Positions 18,601 to 27,400 of a stretch of 54,669 nucleotides of DNA are shown piece after piece (position 1 is the stretch's first letter; every line of letters starts with the position of its first letter). Source of the stretch: an uncultured virus (IMG/VR IMGVR_UViG_3300042450_001219) (Duplodnaviria; Heunggongvirae; Uroviricota; Caudoviricetes); the IMG/VR virus record IMGVR_UViG_3300042450_001219; one strand, 5' to 3'. The notes below the pieces were generated by a model. The model did not search any database. It saw only the letters and a program-made list of their open reading frames with translations, and had not been told where the DNA came from. The translations under genes and the position numbers were made by a program.

Positions 18601-19281
18601 TTTTTCTACAGCTGTCCACCAGGTGCCGTCAACATCATTTGTTTCATCAAGCATCTGTAATCCAAATTGATCTGCCATAGTGTTATCATTTGTTGCATCT
18701 TTAAGTGTTGGATCAAACTTCCAGAATACAGATAGGTTTCCTACCTTATCCCATGTATGTCTTACATCATACACAGCCTTTGGCTGCTTCAACATTGTTA
18801 CGCAGAATTCATTTGAGAAAAGTGAAAAATCTCCATTTTTTGATTCGGCTTGAAGTTTTACACAGTATGTTGTTTTTTGTGTAGCATTAATTTGTATGAG
18901 ACCAGATTTTGCAAAAGAAGTTGCGTATTGAACAAACTCTGTTCCAAAGTCTCCGCCTTTGATCCAAATGTTTACCTGCTTTAAAATTGATTCTGAATAC
19001 TCTGCGCCGCTAGAGTCTTTGCCGTTCCAGTTAATATAAAGTATTGAGTTGATTGCATAAAGGTCAGATAATACAAATTTAGGAGCGAGTAGGCCTTCCT
19101 GTTGAGGTGTTGTGAAATTGTATCTATCCGAATATTCGCTTGCACCTTTTGTTTTATCTAAATAAGACCAGGCTACTTGCAGTGAATAGTCTGTTTCAAA
19201 ATCCAGATCAGAAACAACTATATCCCAATAGTCTCCGTCTTGGCTTTGGCTAATTCCTAAATCTGGATATTGTTCTGACAC
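15625..19281 (-). CDS. large minor tail protein with FN3-like domains (1218 aa)
   Basis: FTWTPD...GYRIKFR...LAGLAVGTTYEIAVGSFN FN3 pattern; three P-x(n)-GDxWxD repeats; G-x-I beta-helix-like stretches; GTG start. Confidence 0.8.
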   Translation of the reverse strand: MSEQYPDLGISQSQDGDYWDIVVSDLDFETDYSLQVAWSYLDKTKGASEYSDRYNFTTPQQEGLLAPKFVLSDLYAINSILYINWNGKDSSGAEYSESILKQVNIWIKGGDFGTEFVQYATSFAKSGLIQINATQKTTYCVKLQAESKNGDFSLFSNEFCVTMLKQPKAVYDVRHTWDKVGNLSVFWKFDPTLKDATNDNTMADQFGLQMLDETNDVDGTWWTAVEKDKIPPLEQKITISANDLQKVFGNVTAFQTDYASFIYVRDKNLQTSLVTGYALTKYSDPLTAPVISVIKGPLSYNVSFTNDSEFDRIYIEDSIDSGVTWVDRGSSSSNPVYVSSGNSAPRQVRARFSKIRGGLTGYSNIVSVTPDPLVSFNDQAPNKPTSFSGVGSVDSSGVIGFNGVINFTWTPDVSSSNVRGYRIKFRPYKAAAPFEEFSYVDSPGTGTKYRLAGLAVGTTYEIAVGSFNEFNKESISYTSGTNVLVPGTPFIGTNVTTTGYFEAFPGSGNTSNAFRFGYGVESGKRGITFNPNNYWYIDSDASALFKLGGDNENYIQWNGQTFIVQGDLRAKKGNFSGSVEIISGGSLFSGVMNQNQSGITGAGFILNNTGLKFSSSTIPDITTISGTTGRFITSSAEIGGWNVGTSTISSSGMTLTSGSTPGATSIIAGNAGGYVGIKPKGNDGSDIVLWAGNTASPTANNAASGQAGFQVNANGQMRATGAIISGVVSLESGSSLGGLVPDSSKVYYSGTTPVVPAGGHKQGDSWVDTANGNQLKIWSGTAWVVTQDSAAAIAVANQKTKTTYGPTQPTNSILGDVWYDTNTGINHFKVYNGTQFVRMKDSDITAADIKAASALTEAEKKSTTTSSDTAPSSPKAGDIWFDINFNYFKVWSTTVTPAAWVRLKDGDLSQAQTNITAINEKADNALAKVVKFGEDGSLASNLTVKFNSPTPGSINSQYQIGQTIFAKSTYSSDVPGYFLGWETGPGGAIYPAFNVGNNLAYLKYSNSTQTLEVRGTIKATAGDFLGDVKAGGGAITIGLNGISAAGFSINTSGAATFTSGTFAGNITSTGTITGGTITGSNISTSGNFNGSLRMNSSNNQLEWLGTNAVVIGRAFVYAGNQTIIASGAGGDYSAFPSSAGMVSLSPSSVSLQVTNAAGNSIGGLTIDSSYATFNSLYVKNLASAVLTEPVFRNISMGTDPKLASAADGIRGDIYIQFA

Positions 19282-19282
19282 A

Positions 19283-20149
19283 CTAAACTCCGAACGATAG
19301 GTCTAGTTTAAATTCTATTGCTGCTTCTCTTCCATTTACTTTGATCAGAGTTGAATCTAATATAGATCTAGCAATTAATCCATATGCTGGATCAAACGTA
19401 TCTTCATCATTAATTCTTAAGCCATCCATAGATACATATGTTTGAGCAGATGTTGGAGTAACAACAATACCTAACTTAACAACACTTTGTGGATTAAATG
19501 TTCCTACTGATACTCCAGCAGACATGTTTAAACTTTTAATATTATATCCGACTGAATGTCCAGTAAATGTAAACTGCATATAATCAGTGTCTGAGCTATA
19601 CAGTCTAACCTTTAATGATGATAGGTTTGCATCATTTGCCTTGTATGAAAAACATAATGTATCTGATGGATCATATCCAGATACATCTAGGCTTCCAAGT
19701 TCATAGGTGTACTCTCTAGCAGCCGCCGCATTTGAACCAAATATCAGCGAGCTGTCTCCAATTCTATAATTGGTTTGATCTAATGCTGGCTCAGGGTTCC
19801 ATTTGTATGGCAACTCAAAGTTAGATATAAACTTGCTATCGTATAAATTTCTCGTATAAGATTCTCCTGAGTATATTCCTATCTCATTAATCTTACCTGC
19901 AATATTTGTAGGAATTGTAGCAGAATAGATAACTGTATATTTGGGTGGTGATACGGATGTGTCTACATCTATTCCGCCCTGTCTAATTGGAACTCTATAA
20001 AATTCAAATCCTAATCTTGAGTTTGTATCGGACAAAGGGTACTCAAGAGATGATCCAGTTGCAATACCTAATGCCATTTGCTTTGAATCAAAAGTTGAAT
20101 TGCCTGCAACAAAATTGGTTAAAAATCGTTTACCAAATTTAGTTATCAT
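19283..20149 (-). CDS. tail/baseplate-associated protein (288 aa)
   Basis: MITKFGKRFL...MALG...LGFEFYR...INEIGIY resembles the N-terminus of phage tail-fibre/baseplate attachment proteins; synteny. Confidence 0.6.
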   Translation of the reverse strand: MITKFGKRFLTNFVAGNSTFDSKQMALGIATGSSLEYPLSDTNSRLGFEFYRVPIRQGGIDVDTSVSPPKYTVIYSATIPTNIAGKINEIGIYSGESYTRNLYDSKFISNFELPYKWNPEPALDQTNYRIGDSSLIFGSNAAAAREYTYELGSLDVSGYDPSDTLCFSYKANDANLSSLKVRLYSSDTDYMQFTFTGHSVGYNIKSLNMSAGVSVGTFNPQSVVKLGIVVTPTSAQTYVSMDGLRINDEDTFDPAYGLIARSILDSTLIKVNGREAAIEFKLDLSFGV

Positions 20150-20484
20150 GATCTTCCCCCCTGTGTATCTGACATTGTTAACGTATAAAGGAATCCATCT
20201 ATTTCCTCATCACTTGAATTATAAATTCTAAATTTTGCTCTTACTCTTTGTGTTTTAGAAGAATCATCATAAGTTTCAAATCCTTTAAACACTATGTCTG
20301 AAAGCTGTGGCCTTTTAACATTTGGAGGAAAAGATGGTCCTGGGCCTCCGCCGTCTGAGCCACCACTTGAAAATGGAAAAGGGTTTTCAAGCGCTCTTGT
20401 TTCCCTAATCTCACCCTTCCAGACTGCGGCAAGGCGTGGGTCATCGTCAAATATGACCGCAATTTTTCCTACTTCAATTCCCAT
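20146..20484 (-). CDS. hypothetical protein (112 aa)
   Basis: ORF track; ATGA overlap with the downstream gene. Confidence 0.7.
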   Translation of the reverse strand: MGIEVGKIAVIFDDDPRLAAVWKGEIRETRALENPFPFSSGGSDGGGPGPSFPPNVKRPQLSDIVFKGFETYDDSSKTQRVRAKFRIYNSSDEEIDGFLYTLTMSDTQGGRS

Positions 20485-20490
20485 TTATTT

Positions 20491-20499
20491 ATTATACCA
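20491..20499 (-). promoter_or_regulatory. extended -10 promoter, probably leaderless transcript
   Basis: TGGTATAAT followed after 6 nt by the ATG at 20484; no Shine-Dalgarno in between. Confidence 0.6.
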
Positions 20500-20507
20500 T
20501 TACGTTA

Positions 20508-23500
20508 TTAGATAGCTCTACACGAAATTGTGGTAGTGATCCCTTCTGAATACTCTAAAGTACACTTAGTTACTAGGTATTTAGCGCTAGATTCTGACAT
20601 CCCCAATATTGGATACTTTATGCTAACAATATCTCCAGCAGATATTAATGGGTTACCGAAAACTGTCATGTCAACAAACCTACCCTTATTTAAAGAGTTT
20701 GTTTTAATCCAATTTGCAAGTTTTTCTGCATCCTGCTCATTCTGAATCCATGACGATTCAAATATTACAGACTCCTTGTTTTGGGAATCTTCTGATTGAT
20801 CTGTATTATACTCTATAGCAGAGGATCGGCTAATTTTATTTCCAAGGACATAGAAAGTTGTGTAGTCGCTATCGTGCAAAACAACTGAGGTGGATGTATT
20901 GTTTAAAATATACGTCTCCGCAGAAAATGGCTGGAGCCTTTGGTCAAGGACTGTAGCGTAAGGATTTTTGGAAGTTCTAAACATAATAGGCAGAGCAGGC
21001 CTTTCATCTGGATCATAAGCAATTTTTACCTTTCTTATTTCTCTTGCGGTTGTTCCAAACTCAATTAGTGCTCCATTTTGGTCTGCGACTGTGTTCCCAT
21101 TATTATAAATTAAATCTCCGTATAGCATAGAAATTGTGTCGTCTGCATAAGAGCCAACGTGTTTGTATGATGACACTGTGGATCTTTCATTATAAAGAGC
21201 TTCATCAATACTCTTTCCGTATAAAAAATCAAAGTAGGACATGCCACGTCCACAATGAACTGCTATATTTTTTGTAATAGTAAGTGGTGGAATGTATAGA
21301 TTTGTAGAATCACTTCCAACATCAACCGCTCTTATCTTAAATCCATTAATAAAAACAGTAATCGTATTTTTAACTAGGGTGCCTGATGTAGTTTGAGACT
21401 TAACAAGTACGTCTATGTTGTAAGATTGGCCTGCATATATTCCAGCCAAAGTCTTTGGAGATGTTTGCTGACTATCTTTTAAAACAGTAATCTTTCCATT
21501 TTGAACTTTTACAATCATTATGTCGTTTTCTAAAACAGCATAAGCCGTAGTACGTATTAGAACATAGTAGCCATTTTGGCCAGTTGAGTCTAAGCAAAAT
21601 GCAATGCCTCCAACCTGAGCTGGGCTTACTAGCTGGCTATCAAAAAACATTCTGGTTCCGCATGCCATATATAAAGATCCTGTGCTAATTGTATTAAATG
21701 GCTTTATCAATAAATTAACTTGTTTTTTGTCTTTAACTAAACTTGATACCATCAAAAAGTTTTTAGCTTTACTATCAAATCTCGGATTTGCTGGCGCAGT
21801 TAGGTTTCCGCCTGTCCATTTTGTAATAGCTGTTTCTCCCAGAGAAACTGAATAAGGTTTAAATTTATTTGCATCATTTTCACCTACATCGTTAATATAA
21901 GAAGTTACCTGCTTTTGATGATCCCTTTTGTTTTTCAGTGTGCCAAGCGCTCCCCTGGTCTTAATATTGTACTCCCCAGTTGGAAAAAAATACTTAGACC
22001 CTGGTTTTGCCAAAGCTTCGTACTTCCAAAAATCTGATTGGCTTTTCATTAGAACTCGAACTGCAGGCTTATCACGTGGTGGAGAAAACGAGTAATCTTT
22101 TTCTTTGGGAACATACTGATACCAAAGCCCTTCGTACTCAATTATCTCATCGTTAATTAAAACATAACCATTAAAAGCATCTAGCACCTTATCAATTCTA
22201 TCTTTATTTATTGTATTTGGTTTTAGCTTGAACATTGTGCTACTGTCTACGATATTGTCATCAAGTCTGCCAGCTCCAAGAAATGAATCAGAAGATGTCC
22301 ATAGAGGCTGGCTAGAGGTGCTATTTACCGAAGTAGATGCTGAAGAGTATTTTACAGTAACCTGATTTGCAGAAAACATTTCTCTTGATGACAAGCTTGC
22401 TATGCTTGGTGCATAATCAACAACACCTCCACTGGTAATTTCTTTATCTGTAAATACCCAACTTGATGGGGTATCTGCGTCATAAATTACATTTCTGCTA
22501 TAGAAGTTTAAGATATTATTTTCATTCACAAACGCGTTCATCTGAATATCTCTACATAACTCTTGCAATACTTCCCAAACTGTTTTATCTCCATCACACC
22601 ACCAATAGGCTAGAGATGGAATTGAGTCATCATCAACCTCGCCATCAGTCATCTTTATGTTAATGTTGTAATTAGAAAACCCGACAGCGTCAAGTACTCT
22701 TTTTATGACTGAAGTTACTGGTGAATCTTGAACTAATAATTGTGGGCAAACAGTATCTTGTAATATTTTTGCTGCATCGGTTGCATCAATGGTGGCTTCT
22801 CCAAATTCAGAAAGAGTCCATGAGTTGGCATAAAATATACCCTGCGTTACTTTTTCTGGATCTACGTCTCCAATATTAATATATGGTTTTATAATTGCAT
22901 TTTTAAATAGATACAGCTTTGTATCATCTATATCATCTTTTACGTTATACTCCATCACCGATCTAGATGTTTCGCCGTGCTGCCTAAACAAAGATAAGCT
23001 TAAGTAGTTTGCTGTAATCACTCCAACTGGAACAACAGAGTCGCTATCTGCTGTTGTTTCTTTATTAACAGTAAATGATACTATGTCTGAACTTATGTCT
23101 ACCACCCACCTTGGGCTCAATTCAATTACACCAAGTAGTTTACCATTCATTCTGTTTGTTGCAGATAAAGTTATTTTTTTTAACTTTTGAGTTGTAGTAT
23201 ATTCACCAGGCTCATCTGTTGACCATGCATCTCCATCATAATATATCACTGCCTCCCCGTTTTCATTAAGAGATGTTCCAGGTACATTTACGACTGAGTT
23301 GTCTTCCTTAACTACAGATATTATCCAAGACAGCGGTGTGTCATGATTAGTTTCAAACCTTGCGATAATTTTATTTGCAGGGACTAGCTTTACGGTAGTC
23401 TTTGCTTCATTTGAAAAATATTCTAAAGAAACACTAATGTTTGTATTTTTAGGAGCAAGCCAATATTTATATGTCATCTCTGGGCCAGGGTAGTATAATC

Positions 23501-23825
23501 TAGGCTTACCCAAAAAAGCTACATCCCTAGGATTTTCATACAAATCTTGACGTGGTGAGTCTGTTTGATTTCCAGATGCATCCTTTGTATAAACTAAATA
23601 TTTAATTCCTGGGGACACAGGTCTAAATGGTTTATATATTGTATCTATTGGGAACAATTTCTTAAAAGCAGCTGAATATGTATTAACTATCTCTGCTGGT
23701 GTAGTTGTTGCTTTTATATATTCAACCATGGAGTTTAGGTTATATTCCATTGTTGCACTTGCAGAAGTTTTTATTGATGACCCCCGCTTAATTAAATTCT
23801 TAGTTGTATTACTTACAGTTATCAT
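20508..23825 (-). CDS. tail tip / baseplate hub protein (Tal-like, 1105 aa)
   Basis: Second gene after the tape measure; VWEVLQELCRDIQMNAFVNENNILNFY and FGNPLISAGDIVSI...YLVTKCTLEY hub-type motifs. Confidence 0.7.
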   Translation of the reverse strand: MITVSNTTKNLIKRGSSIKTSASATMEYNLNSMVEYIKATTTPAEIVNTYSAAFKKLFPIDTIYKPFRPVSPGIKYLVYTKDASGNQTDSPRQDLYENPRDVAFLGKPRLYYPGPEMTYKYWLAPKNTNISVSLEYFSNEAKTTVKLVPANKIIARFETNHDTPLSWIISVVKEDNSVVNVPGTSLNENGEAVIYYDGDAWSTDEPGEYTTTQKLKKITLSATNRMNGKLLGVIELSPRWVVDISSDIVSFTVNKETTADSDSVVPVGVITANYLSLSLFRQHGETSRSVMEYNVKDDIDDTKLYLFKNAIIKPYINIGDVDPEKVTQGIFYANSWTLSEFGEATIDATDAAKILQDTVCPQLLVQDSPVTSVIKRVLDAVGFSNYNINIKMTDGEVDDDSIPSLAYWWCDGDKTVWEVLQELCRDIQMNAFVNENNILNFYSRNVIYDADTPSSWVFTDKEITSGGVVDYAPSIASLSSREMFSANQVTVKYSSASTSVNSTSSQPLWTSSDSFLGAGRLDDNIVDSSTMFKLKPNTINKDRIDKVLDAFNGYVLINDEIIEYEGLWYQYVPKEKDYSFSPPRDKPAVRVLMKSQSDFWKYEALAKPGSKYFFPTGEYNIKTRGALGTLKNKRDHQKQVTSYINDVGENDANKFKPYSVSLGETAITKWTGGNLTAPANPRFDSKAKNFLMVSSLVKDKKQVNLLIKPFNTISTGSLYMACGTRMFFDSQLVSPAQVGGIAFCLDSTGQNGYYVLIRTTAYAVLENDIMIVKVQNGKITVLKDSQQTSPKTLAGIYAGQSYNIDVLVKSQTTSGTLVKNTITVFINGFKIRAVDVGSDSTNLYIPPLTITKNIAVHCGRGMSYFDFLYGKSIDEALYNERSTVSSYKHVGSYADDTISMLYGDLIYNNGNTVADQNGALIEFGTTAREIRKVKIAYDPDERPALPIMFRTSKNPYATVLDQRLQPFSAETYILNNTSTSVVLHDSDYTTFYVLGNKISRSSAIEYNTDQSEDSQNKESVIFESSWIQNEQDAEKLANWIKTNSLNKGRFVDMTVFGNPLISAGDIVSIKYPILGMSESSAKYLVTKCTLEYSEGITTTISCRAI

Positions 23826-24418
23826 ACCTGCTCCATTGATATAGATACACTCCAGAAGGTCTGCAGGCCTCTTTTAAGGACAGTAAAGTCACATGAGGTA
23901 AACATTACCGTATAAGTATAATCATCGGCCAAGGTGCCAGCATCAGCAGTTATTAGGGATGGATTAAATACCGTTGGATTTAGTTTTATCCTAAAAGATC
24001 CTCTTCCTGCATCCGACTCATAAAAATTCTTTATGTCTTCTGCACCCCATCCACCATCTACTGTTTCATTTCTAAATGATGGCAACATTTCCCAAGATAC
24101 ACTTATGTTTAGCTTATCGGCAATAAAATATTTTCTTAGTGTTCCATTTGACATTCTTTGGCTAGATTCAATTCTATTTGTAGTTATAGCAAGGGGATCT
24201 CTATTATGCTCTGTAACTCTTCTAAATTTTAACTCCGCTCTATCCTCGTATCGTAGCGGCCAAGTTTTTGTTAGAGCATTATAGGCAGGATAAACATTTC
24301 CTGGCGGAGTAATTGTTTCACCCTTGTAGTTAAAAGTATTGTTTGCAGTATTAATTGCAAATGGGTCAATTGCTTCGATATATAACACAGATCCTTTTGC
24401 TAAGTTTTGAAAACTCAT
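23822..24418 (-). CDS. distal tail protein (Dit-like)
   Basis: Directly after the tape measure; RMSNGTLRKYFIADK...SVSW...WSVSISMEQV. Confidence 0.6.
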   Translation of the reverse strand: MSFQNLAKGSVLYIEAIDPFAINTANNTFNYKGETITPPGNVYPAYNALTKTWPLRYEDRAELKFRRVTEHNRDPLAITTNRIESSQRMSNGTLRKYFIADKLNISVSWEMLPSFRNETVDGGWGAEDIKNFYESDAGRGSFRIKLNPTVFNPSLITADAGTLADDYTYTVMFTSCDFTVLKRGLQTFWSVSISMEQV

Positions 24419-27400
24419 TACCCACCAACCCTTCTATTTACTCCAGCTGCCATTTCCTTTAATCTCATCTCTCTGTGTATTTGAGTTGCAACATCTTGTG
24501 CTGTTACATTAGTTCCATTTAATTCTACGTTAATATTATATACTGAACCTGATACAGCCGCCGATGCATTTGGATTAAATGGGTTCATATTAGCTGGGAT
24601 AACAGCTTCATCTTTATGAAGCATTGCCAGCATATTTGCAGGAACCATATTAATACCATTCTCAAACATTGGAACGCCTAGATTTTTTAATGAAGAATTT
24701 GAGAAGTTTTGGACAAGCCCGCCCATTGCATATCCACCGTTGCCTCTGCGTAGGCTTTCCAAGTACGCTTCGCCAGTCAGCATCTGTCTGTTACTTAAAG
24801 GCTGTCTTGCTTCAAAAGCTCTTTCTAAAGCAAGAATTCTTTCTAGCTCTGGTAAAGCCATTGGCTCTATATATCCGTTTGGACCATATGGGAAGGTTGC
24901 TGATGTGCGGTATGGACTTCCATACCATTCTACAACTTCTGGTCTAAGGCTATTTCTCAGCTCATCAGCGGAGCTCCAGTAAAGAAGTCTATCATCTTGA
25001 AAACCAATTATGCTGTTCCTATCATTAAATCTGTTACTATCACTGCCGAAGACGCCAATACCGCTGCTTGGTTGGGATGTTGGTTGTGATGGCTGGCGTG
25101 ATGGAGTATGGCCGCTTAGCCAAGATCCGATGCCGCTTCTTGCTTCTCCAGTTGATGGCTTTGGCTTCTTAGACTTTCCAATCTTCATAAGCATATCTAA
25201 ATATTGTTTTAAATTAGGAATTGAAGTTACTGCGCCATAGTAAGGATCATCTGCCATAAAACCACCGATACGAAGAGCTGATGGTCTACCCATGTCAGTT
25301 AAAGTATCAGAGTGTTTTATTCTAGTAATTGAAGTTGCTTTATTCCATAGAGCATCTGAAAGATGTTGGCCTCTATATCCTACATGTGTTCCACGATAAT
25401 GAACATATCCAGTAACTGGATCATAGTTTACCCAAGACAGTTGTTTTTTAGTAATAGGATCTAGAATTTCTGCTTGGTGCATTCCACCTGCACTAAAAGT
25501 TTTTGAAGTTTCTTTTCCTTCTTTTAAGCCTGCAAGGAATTTGTCTATATACGGTGCATCAGTAGGTAAAATATCTCCTTTTTCAAATCTAAAAAGATAA
25601 TCTTTTCCTTCTATTTTAATAAGCTCTTCTATAGTTTTTGGCAAATTCTTATTTTCTTCAATAAGATTGGCAGCGGTGGTATTTTTTAAATCTGGTAGTG
25701 CAGTAAACTTATTTCTCTTTGCTGCTCTAAGTGCATCAGATAGCGCAAGCTCATATCTTGCTTTTGCAAATTCTGGGCTATTAAGGTCACCTTCTTTTTT
25801 AAGAGCAACAAAATTACTTCTAAGTTTAGCATTTGGAAGAAGTGAGACTCTAGCTTCTGATGGTAAGCTTATAGCTGCTTTATCTATTATTTTATATGCT
25901 GCAGAACGTGCACGAAGTGCACTAACTCCTTTTATGGCACCTACTCCTGGAACAAAATTTAATCCTGCGCTAACCCAGTCTCCTGTAGTTGCGCTTCCTT
26001 TTGCAATTTCTGCAAAAGGATTAAACATACCTTGCATTAAAGCAGAAACATGTTGCTCATAAGATTTTGGATTTAAATCAGCAGCACCATTTTTTCCAAA
26101 TCCTGGAGTTTTGCCTTGAAAGTATACTCCAAAAAGATCTGCAGCTAATGCTCCAAGTGGGGCAAAAATTCCAAACGGTCCACTAGTAAGTATTTTTGCA
26201 CTAGTATCTGAGTAATTCTTTATAGGGCCATCTATTTTAGGGTCGTAGTATGAAAGATTTTTATTCTTTCTTGCTTTTTGTTCTTGGTTTAAAGGGAGAT
26301 TTCTTCCGTGTCTATGTCCTACTGGACCGCCTTTATGGTATCCAACTAGACCTCCATTTGCAAAATTGTTTTCCTTGGCCCAATACTTTAGCGCTACCCA
26401 TTTAGGGTCCATTGGATCCATGCCTGGGGTGATTTCATACTCTTTCATTTTATCTACCCAGCTTTGATATCTTGCACGAATAGATGCAGGCATTGCCTTA
26501 GATGCGCCTTCTGCTAAAAATCCTTCTGGATATGCTGGTGATCTCCAACTAGGATTTTCATCTAAAACTCTTGCCATGTGAGTAAAGTTACTAAAGTAAC
26601 CAGTTCCGTGTGCGTAAGGATTTCCAATTAATCTTGCAATGTCTAGCTTACCTTGACCAACCAAGCTATTATAAAGTCCAGCAGTTTTATCTGTTGCCAC
26701 TCCTTCTTGAACTGCTCTATAGTTTCCAATTAAATTTGGATTTTTACTAGAAAAATTTGTTAATATATTTTCTATAGCAGCTTGGCCTTGACCTAATTTA
26801 ATTTCTTGTGCAGAATCATAAGCTTTTCTAAGATATGCTAGTGCACCATCATCAAAATTATCTTTTGCTGAATTTAGCCAAGCATCGAAAGACCAATTTT
26901 TAGTTGTAAAGTCTAAATGATGAGCATACTCATGGACTGCAGTTCCCCCACTCATTCCACTTGGTGGCATTGTTATTGTTGTTTTATTTGGACTGTATTC
27001 ACCAGCAGAAGTTGATGTCATTTTAAAGTCTCTTGCAAGGTTGTAAGGAATTGCATCGTCAGCTGCTACCTTAGACAACAAATTATTTATACCAGTTTTG
27101 GTATTTATTTTTACACCATCGTTAGGAAGAGATTTTTTAAACCTTAAAATACCATTTTCAATTGATAGCTTTGCAGAATTTTGAGATATAGCAGCAGGCT
27201 TAGATAATAATGATGTTGAGTTAGTAGCTAGCTTAGTTAATCCGCCAATGGCTGGTAGCAGTGCAAGTAAGTCAGCTGAAACACCTAGAGACTTATTTCC
27301 AAAAATTTCTGGGCTAGTATTATTCTTCAAATTAAATGCTGATGTATAACCTGAAAGCATTTGTGCTGTTTGCAGTAGAGCTCTATCTTTTTCTTGCTGC

